Positions 37,120-44,209 of a DNA stretch of 44,209 bases are shown here, one piece after another. The position numbers were made by a program, and so were the translations under genes. The stretch lies in UHGV virus genome UHGV-0168748, one strand, 5' to 3'. Every line of letters begins with the position of its first letter. Within the stretch, counting starts at the first letter, position 1. The stretch is from a virus. Below the pieces are notes generated by a model, which saw only the letters and a program-made list of their open reading frames with translations, ran no database searches and had not been told where the DNA came from.

Positions 37120-37893
37120 CTATTGATTAAGTTTTACATCTGCAATAAACAGCAACTGTTTACCATGTTGCTGCACTTCTTTCCAACCTAGCTTCATAGC
37201 AGCGTCAACAACATCTATCATGCTGTAACGAGAGATCAACGAGGCTGATTTTGTTCCTGACATTAAGTAGAGCGGCTCATTAGGGCAACGGTCACGGGCG
37301 TCAGGGAGTTCTTGAATGATTGATGATCCTTCAGGTACGTTAACAACACTAATCACGGTAAATGGCCTTTTGTGCGTTAGATAAATACGAAAACCGACAT
37401 GTTTAGACTCATGAAAGATTTTCTTCACGACCGCGTCTTTTAATGTCGTCTGAACTTCGACCCCAGGCAATATCATGGATTTACGGGAAACGAAACAACG
37501 ACTATTTTCGACTGTGGAGAAATAATTACGTATCGGTAAGCTGTTATTGTTATCGCGCAGTCTTTTGCTTAAGAGATCATAATCCATCTCTTTAACTTCT
37601 TCTAACCACAGATGTGCACGTTCAACGTAATACAGGCCAACCGTGTGGTAACTTAATACTTTGCCTGTACTTAGTTGCCAGAGCTTAACGCTGAGTGAGT
37701 CGGGTTTATATCGGCGATATTCCCCACGGGTATGATTGACACGTTGGTAAAGACCTACGTCTTCTGTTGGTGCGGATTCGACGGACCGCAATTGGAGTGT
37801 TCGATTATATTTATCGTCCAGCAACAACGAGGCCAGCGAGCCATTAATCACGTAGTGTTCTGATTCAAAAAGTGCATCTAAATGGATTTTCAT
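37120..37893 (-). CDS. member A of paralogous family with conserved C-terminal tail
   Basis: Ends ...AAMKLGWKEVQQHGKQLLFIADVKLNQ; start moved to ATG 37893 with AAGGA RBS. Confidence 0.55.
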   Translation of the reverse strand: MKIHLDALFESEHYVINGSLASLLLDDKYNRTLQLRSVESAPTEDVGLYQRVNHTRGEYRRYKPDSLSVKLWQLSTGKVLSYHTVGLYYVERAHLWLEEVKEMDYDLLSKRLRDNNNSLPIRNYFSTVENSRCFVSRKSMILPGVEVQTTLKDAVVKKIFHESKHVGFRIYLTHKRPFTVISVVNVPEGSSIIQELPDARDRCPNEPLYLMSGTKSASLISRYSMIDVVDAAMKLGWKEVQQHGKQLLFIADVKLNQ

Positions 37894-37960
37894 TTCTATT
37901 TCCTTCTTAACAAAAGCCGCGACTAAAGCGCGGCAGTTAGAGAAAGTGTATTTTCGTTTA

Positions 37961-39088
37961 TTAAAGGTCAGCAACAAACAACAGCTGACTGCCGTACGAT
38001 TCGACAGATTTCCAACCGTAATCTTTACCGATCGTCGTTAAATGACCGGTATTTAACTTTTTGTCAATCGACCGCAATTGCATCATTAGCGTATTGGATT
38101 CTGCCGCATCAAGTAACAACGCAGGTTCTTTTTCAGTGCGATCATCCGCTTTCGGGAAGAAACTGTAATATTGACTTTTGGGTAGATCGATTGACAACGT
38201 ATAATTTTTCTTTGTAAGGAATAACGCCATCCCTTCGAAATTGCAATCGAAACGATATTCCCAACCCGCTTCTGCTAAAACGTCTTTTAGCATTTCCATG
38301 ACTTTAAGCTGGTTAACGCTAGGCAGTCGGTAAATTGCAAGACCACTTGGGAAAATGCGTATACCGTCGACGACACTATCGGTGGTTTCGTCAATAAGTT
38401 CAGGATAGCGTTGTGAGAAAATGTGATCGCTCTTGCTTTTCTCTTCGACGTCACGAATGAATTGTGCTAATTCTTCTTTCAATGTACTTGTCATTTCTTT
38501 CTCCACTACTTTACGTTCAATACACACTGCGTAATACATTACGTCGTTAAATTCGGTTACGAGCCTTAGTCCTGTGTCGATGAACTCGTACGGAAACCCA
38601 CCGTTAGGGGTGCGGCGTGTAGGTACGTTTTGGGATATTTCTTGAATTACGTGAATCTTCTCAATTTCAAATCCACAGAGTTCTTCCAGAAAAGTCATAT
38701 CCTGCTGGTCGAGTAATTTCACACCCTCGTAAGGCAGCCGCCTGATTTTATACTCCAGTAATGAGAATTTCTCCGATGGGTAAACACGATACATTAAACG
38801 TTGATTTGATTTTAACTCACGGACGTAAAGTTTGTCGTAGGGTAACGACTCATTTGCGTATAGAGTGAATTGAAAATCCTCAATGCGTTCGTCGAAAACA
38901 CAAATATCCACGGGTGCACAGATTGGTTCTGGCAAAGCGTTAACGGTGCAACCAAAAACGCGCCCGAACAAATCATTTTGCGTAGCACACGGGATATTGA
39001 GTAGTATTTTCGGTACACCTTTCTTGTAATCTTCGAAAAGTAATTCAAGATAGAGTCTATGCGACGGTGAGTTATTGTAGATATGCAT
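37961..39088 (-). CDS. member B of paralogous family with conserved C-terminal tail
   Basis: Ends ...TIGKDYGWKSVESYGSQLLFVADL. Confidence 0.6.
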   Translation of the reverse strand: MHIYNNSPSHRLYLELLFEDYKKGVPKILLNIPCATQNDLFGRVFGCTVNALPEPICAPVDICVFDERIEDFQFTLYANESLPYDKLYVRELKSNQRLMYRVYPSEKFSLLEYKIRRLPYEGVKLLDQQDMTFLEELCGFEIEKIHVIQEISQNVPTRRTPNGGFPYEFIDTGLRLVTEFNDVMYYAVCIERKVVEKEMTSTLKEELAQFIRDVEEKSKSDHIFSQRYPELIDETTDSVVDGIRIFPSGLAIYRLPSVNQLKVMEMLKDVLAEAGWEYRFDCNFEGMALFLTKKNYTLSIDLPKSQYYSFFPKADDRTEKEPALLLDAAESNTLMMQLRSIDKKLNTGHLTTIGKDYGWKSVESYGSQLLFVADL

Positions 39089-39099
39089 GATATCATCCC

Positions 39100-39654
39100 T
39101 TAAACATTATAAGCTAAGAACAACAATTGTTTACCTACTTTACGCACGGTATACCAGCCATGCGCTTTAGCGACAGCGATGAGGGTTTCCCAGTCGTCAG
39201 CATTACAATGTTCTTTCCGAAGTTGTTCAAACAACGCTTCAGCTTCGTCTTGATTTAACAGCTTACCCGGATTGTCTGGCGTGCAATCAGTAGGGCTTGG
39301 AAAGAAGCTATACAGACGCGCTAAGAGAAAATCAACCGAATACTTAACACCTTCCTTATAAACCAACACAGATGTTTTCCCTTCGTGGAAGAAACTGCCT
39401 GTTTTCCAAGCGGTATCTCCCAGTAAGCTTCGAAGGTAAGACGTAAACCCACTTCTGAAAGAGATATCCGTGTTACGTGGAATTCTGCGGAACATCGGTG
39501 TTTCTCCCACCGCTTGTACGGTTACACCCACTACCATCACGTCCGGTGAGATAATGGTATTAGTCAGTACGGTATAAGGACAAGTAAAGTAGTGTTCACC
39601 AACACCCTTTTCAAGAGATTGAACGATTTCATTTTTCAATTTAGCGTGATACAT
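39100..39654 (-). CDS. member C of paralogous family with conserved C-terminal tail
   Basis: Ends ...AVAKAHGWYTVRKVGKQLLFLAYNV. Confidence 0.6.
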   Translation of the reverse strand: MYHAKLKNEIVQSLEKGVGEHYFTCPYTVLTNTIISPDVMVVGVTVQAVGETPMFRRIPRNTDISFRSGFTSYLRSLLGDTAWKTGSFFHEGKTSVLVYKEGVKYSVDFLLARLYSFFPSPTDCTPDNPGKLLNQDEAEALFEQLRKEHCNADDWETLIAVAKAHGWYTVRKVGKQLLFLAYNV

Positions 39655-39681
39655 GATTATTCTCCTTTTCGGTTTTTTTAC

Positions 39682-40434
39682 TTACGCGTGTTTTAACAAT
39701 AACAAGCGGTTATTGGTAATTTCAGCAGCGCCCCAGCCTCTAACAGTAGCGATGCTAAGTATATCGACTTCATCACGGTATTTCAACATCGGATCGTTGG
39801 GATTGATTTCGATCACGTGAGTATTTCTGGAAATCGTTTCTACTTCTGGGATTTCTTTTACTATATCCGAAGCAATTAACTCAAGAACGTACAGCTCCTC
39901 GAAGCATTTAAAGTAGATATGGACGCCGTATAACTTATCGTTATCGTCCCTTAACGGGTAGAGATTAAAACCAGGACCCAGTAACGTTAGTTCCGCATTG
40001 TAAGGTACTTCAAATTCACGATGAATTAATGCAATTCCGTGGCGGAATAAAGGGAAGTGGGCAAATACAGACATTAATGCCCACTGTTCTGTTATAATGG
40101 TCGGGTCATGGCTAAGCGGTCCAATGTTAGCCAGATTTTCGATAGCGTAGCGTACTGAATTAAAATCGCTTTCGGTAATGATACTGTAAATAAGCATCAC
40201 ACCAGTTTCGCTGTTAAGAATACTGAATACGCTATTAGCATAAGCGGTAATCCGATATTTATCCTCTGGTTCGTCAGTAGGAACGTTTTCAGGCTTAACC
40301 GTTTTGATTTCGACTAATTTAGCAGGGTATTTTGAACCTACTAAATCTTCAACGATAGGAGAGGCGATCTCTAAATAGGTCTTAGCAAAGAGTTCATCTA
40401 AGTATTGGTTAACAAAAACTTCTGCTGTCAGCAT
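39682..40434 (-). CDS. member D of paralogous family with conserved C-terminal tail
   Basis: Ends ...IATVRGWGAAEITNNRLLLLKHA. Confidence 0.55.
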   Translation of the reverse strand: MLTAEVFVNQYLDELFAKTYLEIASPIVEDLVGSKYPAKLVEIKTVKPENVPTDEPEDKYRITAYANSVFSILNSETGVMLIYSIITESDFNSVRYAIENLANIGPLSHDPTIITEQWALMSVFAHFPLFRHGIALIHREFEVPYNAELTLLGPGFNLYPLRDDNDKLYGVHIYFKCFEELYVLELIASDIVKEIPEVETISRNTHVIEINPNDPMLKYRDEVDILSIATVRGWGAAEITNNRLLLLKHA

Positions 40435-40493
40435 GGATTATTCTCCTAAAAAGGAATAAGGAAGTCACTACGTTCCTCTGGGAAGAGTATGTC

Positions 40494-40555
40494 GGTATAC
40501 TACGTATACCTCCGCTATTTATATCCGTATACATAATGCCCCCTACCCCCTACCG
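40494..40555. promoter_or_regulatory. cluster of GTATAC half-sites and CCCCCTAC direct repeat
   Basis: GGTATAC-TAC-GTATACC, CCGTATAC and CCCCCTACCCCCTACC within a 385-bp intergenic region. Confidence 0.35.
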
Positions 40556-40610
40556 GTATCCCGAGTAGCAGAATAAAGGGACAATCTGTAAATTTTAAGT
40601 AATACTATGA

Positions 40611-40688
40611 TTACCGAGGAATAGCTGGGTTGTAGCGTTTGAACTGTTCGATGACTTCGTCCAATCCGCCTTTCTTCTCAGTAGACAT
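40611..40688 (-). CDS. possible 25-aa small ORF, not in ORF track
   Basis: Hand-translated MSTEKKGGLDEVIEQFKRYNPAIPR with AGGAAACAGACC RBS. Confidence 0.25.
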   Translation of the reverse strand: MSTEKKGGLDEVIEQFKRYNPAIPR

Positions 40689-40770
40689 TGGTCTGTTTCC
40701 TAATAACGTGGTAACTCCGTTTCGAAAGAAACGTGTCCGTAGGGACTGAACTCGCACTTCAGTCCCTATT

Positions 40771-40794
40771 CACCTAAGTAAAATATATCTGAAA
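40771..40794. promoter_or_regulatory. conserved 24-bp intergenic element, copy 2
   Basis: CACCTAAGTAAAATATATCTGAAA; adjacent perfect 10-bp hairpin AGGGACTGAA-CTCGCAC-TTCAGTCCCT. Confidence 0.45.
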
Positions 40795-40820
40795 CCAATT
40801 CCGATCTAAGGAACGTCCCG

Positions 40821-41786
40821 ATGGAGAAATCCAGTGTTGATTTTTTCTCAATTGGTATCGTCGCGGAAGACAAACCCCGTGGTACAGATCGGGTAAAAGT
40901 GATACCAATTGAAACCAACTTTGCTAACCCTACTGTGGTGCAATCTGTTTCTTCAGCAACTGAAAAGACGCATGAAACGTCTGGTGCAACAGATAACCTA
41001 ACCATTAAGACGGGTAACACGATAACAGCAAAGTGGTGGAAGTTTAACTCCAACCGAATTAATTCCCCTGACGTTAAACGAGAAGACTACGTTATCTTGT
41101 TACGTTTGGGGAAAACCGATATTTATTTTTGGATTGATTTGAATTTCGCTAACGTTAAGCGATTAGAAGATGCGGTTTATGCGTGGTCGGCTGACCCCGA
41201 AAACCAAATGGCGGATGACCTGTCCAATGCGTATGTGTTGAATGTCTCGACGATTGACAAACATATCACGCTAAGAACATGTATGGTGAATGGCGAGAAA
41301 GCGGCGTGGTTATTCCAGTTTGACAACGCAAACGGATCGTGGCAATGCGTTGACCATAAAGGGAACAAGTATTACATTAACTCGGTCGAAGATGATCTCG
41401 GGTTTGAGAATGCGATGCTATCAAAAGTGAACATCAACAAAGAAGATGCGTTCATTTATTCAAAGCGTTCTATTAACCTGGAAACAAAAACGATTAATGA
41501 GAAATGCGAAGTTCGCAATACAGAAGCATCGAAATCCGTTACCTTTAAAACACAAACCTGGTTAACGGAAGCGGGGAGTTCGACCACCTTTAAAACGCCG
41601 AACTTTAAACAAGAAGGGAATGAAGCACAATTCACCGGTAATCTTGAAGTGGCTAAAAACTTCAAGTACGGCGGTACTGGGGAAGGTGTGGGTATCTTTA
41701 CGGTTAAAGATGCGGTTATTGCGGGCATTACTTTCAGCGTACACATCCACGACGGTGTACACGGTCCTACTTCGGGTCCACGGTAA
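40821..41786 (+). CDS. hypothetical protein with His-rich C-terminal tip
   Basis: 321 aa; ends FSVHIHDGVHGPTSGPR; tail fibre or spike tip is speculation. Confidence 0.55.
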   Translation: MEKSSVDFFSIGIVAEDKPRGTDRVKVIPIETNFANPTVVQSVSSATEKTHETSGATDNLTIKTGNTITAKWWKFNSNRINSPDVKREDYVILLRLGKTDIYFWIDLNFANVKRLEDAVYAWSADPENQMADDLSNAYVLNVSTIDKHITLRTCMVNGEKAAWLFQFDNANGSWQCVDHKGNKYYINSVEDDLGFENAMLSKVNINKEDAFIYSKRSINLETKTINEKCEVRNTEASKSVTFKTQTWLTEAGSSTTFKTPNFKQEGNEAQFTGNLEVAKNFKYGGTGEGVGIFTVKDAVIAGITFSVHIHDGVHGPTSGPR

Positions 41787-41904
41787 TTCCCCTTTTTCTT
41801 ACGTTGCGTTTATATATTGTGACCTGACGTTGGTAAGCTTCTTATCAACACTTTTCTTAAACCCATCGTTTAGTTAAGCAGGCCACTTCTTTTCGCGCAC
41901 TCTT

Positions 41905-41938
41905 CTCCTCCCTTCGGGGAGGAGTTATCTTATGCTTT
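41905..41938 (+). terminator. rho-independent terminator
   Basis: CTCCTCCC-TTCG-GGGAGGAG followed by T-rich tract. Confidence 0.55.
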
Positions 41939-41995
41939 GGTTGTAACACACTACGGTCTTAGACCCGTATTCCTTTTCTGAAATGGAGAGCTGTT

Positions 41996-42205
41996 ATGTC
42001 TATTAAAGAGTTCTCTTCTGCTGAGCATATCCCAGAAGAGTTTAAGAAAATTGGTAACGTTAGTGCCTTTGGTGATACCGTTGACCACGTAACCGGTAAA
42101 CTGGCTGCTGAAGCCGAGAAAATCGGTGGTGACGCATTTAAAGTTATCGGTATCTCTGGTAACAACAAACTGCACGGCAACGCGATCGTCTACAAAAAAG
42201 ACTAA
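41996..42205 (+). CDS. DUF1471 (YhcN/BhsA/McbA-like) domain protein lacking signal peptide
   Basis: GDAFKVIGISGNNKLHGNAIVYKK matches the DUF1471 core; GGAGAG RBS; starts MSIKEF with no hydrophobic leader. Confidence 0.6.
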   Translation: MSIKEFSSAEHIPEEFKKIGNVSAFGDTVDHVTGKLAAEAEKIGGDAFKVIGISGNNKLHGNAIVYKKD

Positions 42206-42206
42206 G

Positions 42207-42267
42207 CGAAAAAAAAAACGTGCTACTCCTACCCTCTAAGAGGGTAGGAGGTTACTTTATTTTTTTC
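42207..42267. terminator. bidirectional rho-independent terminator
   Basis: A10, CTCCTACCCT-CTAAG-AGGGTAGGAG, T-run; between convergent genes. Confidence 0.75.
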
Positions 42268-43519
42268 GTGCACGAAAACGATGCATTTCTAAATACACTT
42301 TTTCCCAGGGGCCGAAGGGCCCGACTATCGCTTGCGCATCGTTAATCTTCTTCTGGTTATACCAGCGAGCTTCACGAAATACGTAGTTTTGACTGTCGAA
42401 CTCGGTGGTGTTAAATACCCACTCACCTTCTTCCCACGTAGGCCAATAACCTACCGTCTTTCCGAATCGGTTATTTAAATAGCCTAACGGTTTTTCAGAA
42501 TCAGGATCGTTAGGGTCTTTGAGATAACAACGTCCCCAAATCGCGTTATGCGATACGCCCACAATCTCTTCTTCTAAATACGGATTATCCACCGTAAAAA
42601 TAAACGAAGATTCGTGAAGTAAGAGCGCTTTTAATGTTTCTGGGTTGCGAATTCGTTGAACGTTAGCAGGTGAAGATAAATCCCCTACACCGATAGCATC
42701 CCAATCGTAGTAACGCCGTGTTTCTAACACCGTGCGCGCAAGATCGAAATTCGGTAAAGAAATCATAATCGCACGATCGGAGAAATAACCGTTCGCAGGC
42801 AGCCAACGTAACATCCCACCAATAACGAACCCTACGGTTTTACCGGTTATGGATTCGGGCAACGAAATCATTAACGTTGAATAGTAATCGCGCGTGGTGT
42901 CGAGTTTGTTTAAGGTAAGATTAGCAATCGGGTATGTTTTCACCGCACCGAGCGCATCAAAAACCATGCAACCGATATCTGGTGTACCTGCACGTCTAAC
43001 GATATTCCCAGCACCAGGTAATCGTACACCAACAGAATCAGATTGATGCGGCACCCATTGCCCGTTGATGTTGTATAGCACCCCGTTACGGTATTTGTCT
43101 TTCCATTTGTCTTCACAGACTATCACCACATCTGTCGCATCATCCAGACTGAAATCCTGACTGTAATGATAACCCGCAGGGCACAGGTAAGACTCAACGG
43201 GTACGTCTGCGTTAATCGATTGGTAATGCGCCCAGCTGAATTCCAGTTTCGGTAATCCTGCTTTTAAGGTAGGAATAACCACACCGGCTTTTTCATTCAA
43301 CCAGTCTTGTAAAGTATCGGTTCGGTTTTGTAATTCAGCAAGGTGATACTGGCTGACTAACGTATAGTCTTTACCAAGCGCACTCAGGCCGACCTCAAAG
43401 GTGTGGTAATCCGAACACAGTGTAGCTAAAGGTTGCGTGACATCGATGGCTCCCCAGGTACGGGACTCTCGAGAGAAGCCAAAAGCGCTGTCGGGCCGCA
43501 CTTGATAAGCAGTAGTCAC
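42257..43519 (-). CDS. hypothetical protein (420 aa)
   Basis: Track ORF; function not recognised. Confidence 0.6.
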   Translation of the reverse strand: MTTAYQVRPDSAFGFSRESRTWGAIDVTQPLATLCSDYHTFEVGLSALGKDYTLVSQYHLAELQNRTDTLQDWLNEKAGVVIPTLKAGLPKLEFSWAHYQSINADVPVESYLCPAGYHYSQDFSLDDATDVVIVCEDKWKDKYRNGVLYNINGQWVPHQSDSVGVRLPGAGNIVRRAGTPDIGCMVFDALGAVKTYPIANLTLNKLDTTRDYYSTLMISLPESITGKTVGFVIGGMLRWLPANGYFSDRAIMISLPNFDLARTVLETRRYYDWDAIGVGDLSSPANVQRIRNPETLKALLLHESSFIFTVDNPYLEEEIVGVSHNAIWGRCYLKDPNDPDSEKPLGYLNNRFGKTVGYWPTWEEGEWVFNTTEFDSQNYVFREARWYNQKKINDAQAIVGPFGPWEKVYLEMHRFRARKK

Positions 43520-43586
43520 AGCTCTTTTCCTCTATAGATTCAAGTCATAGTATGAACTCGACGCCCACGGATTATAGGAGTAGATA

Positions 43587-44160
43587 ATGGCTGTCGTCCT
43601 AGACCCACACTTCAAAGAACCGGGGAATAAAATAACCGGTGAAGCGGTCGCCGTCATTGGTACGAAGTACCGAATGTTGGTACCTGCCCACGCCCCTTTT
43701 TTCACCACGTCCCTGGTGGTCAAGAGCGGCGGCAAAACACTGACCTTAGGCGACGATTACGTAATTACACACCCGTACGAGACAGGTATGTTGCGCACAG
43801 CCTATCTCATTCACGGGATGATTTGGATTGTTAACGACAAATACAAGTCGAATTTTACTGTGGATTATCATGCCGTTGGTTGTGGTGAAGCCACACAGCA
43901 GCAGATTAGCGCAGAGCGTGAGTTAAATAAAGATAAATACCCGTCTACGTGTCAATGGGACACCGTTATCGGGGACGTTTACTTTCCACCCGTTGACATT
44001 CAGTTCGATTGGGAAAACTGGAAAGGTGAACTGGAGTTAATGCAAGCCATCGCAGGCTTAGGCGACTCCTTAGGTAACGTTGTAAATCGGTTAGACCCGA
44101 TTGCACGTAACACGTTAGATATTGAGCATCGTGCTAACGGCACGGTTATCACGTCAGAAC
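43587..44160 (+). CDS. hypothetical protein, 3'-truncated by contig end
   Basis: ORF runs into the adapter without a stop; GGAGTAGATA-ATG RBS; the last residues of the track translation (VSYTHL...) are adapter-encoded. Confidence 0.55.
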
Positions 44161-44209
44161 CTGTCTCTTATACACATCTGACGCTGCCGACGACTCCTTA
44201 CGTGTAGAT
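44161..44209. other. Illumina Nextera i5 adapter, reverse complement; library artefact
   Basis: CTGTCTCTTATACACATCT-GACGCTGCCGACGA-CTCCTTAC-GTGTAGAT. Confidence 0.95.

Noticed and set aside
40435-40620. tRNA genes in the long intergenic regions
   Set aside because: I saw no cloverleaf-compatible arms or GTTC T-loop box in this or the other intergenic gaps. A tRNAscan run would be needed to confirm.
332-41877. Many 60-140-aa track ORFs lying antisense to or nested within longer ORFs (for example 332-532, 644-1018, 2000-2428, 3946-4272, 13531-13860, 21312-21645, 34145-34393, 35450-35926)
   Set aside because: They lack RBS support and overlap longer, better-supported genes on the other strand, so I treat them as shadow ORFs.
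6405-42267. Recurring CCCTAC-type palindromes as a possible CRISPR array or REP-like repeat family
   Set aside because: They are single hairpins with flanking A and T runs placed between genes, with no regular repeat-spacer periodicity. They are transcription terminators.
1-44209. Terminal inverted repeats with Tn5 mosaic ends, suggesting a transposon or phage terminal repeat
   Set aside because: The repeats are the Nextera library adapter, including the i5 index and primer stub, so they are an assembly artefact.

Overview
This 44.2 kb contig reads as part of a virulent-type tailed dsDNA phage genome, probably infecting an enterobacterial host. It carries about 65 tightly packed genes, mostly on the minus strand, separated by GC-rich hairpin terminators that often have a UUCG-type loop. 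I found no integrase, rRNA, tRNA or CRISPR array by eye. Both contig ends (1-51 and 44161-44209) are inverted copies of the Illumina Nextera i5 adapter, so they are library artefact, and the first and last ORFs are truncated by them. Genes I can recognise from sequence: thymidylate synthase with two insertions, a MazG-like NTP pyrophosphohydrolase, an RNase HI-domain fusion protein, a DEDDh 3'-5' exonuclease, a Rad50/SbcC-like ATPase with a CxxC zinc hook, a TARG1/DarG-like macrodomain, a GNAT acetyltransferase, a secreted lytic transglycosylase and a signal-less DUF1471-like protein. The best candidates for undescribed biology are four tandem paralogues sharing a C-terminal GW...GxQLLFxA tail (37120-40434), an array of six small secreted proteins (33661-36397), three small membrane peptides (29386-29869) and a 24-bp element conserved at two intergenic sites. 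All functional calls are from motif recognition by eye; no database search was run. Coordinates follow the supplied ORF track, which counts GTG/TTG as starts, except where I moved a start to an ATG with a Shine-Dalgarno.
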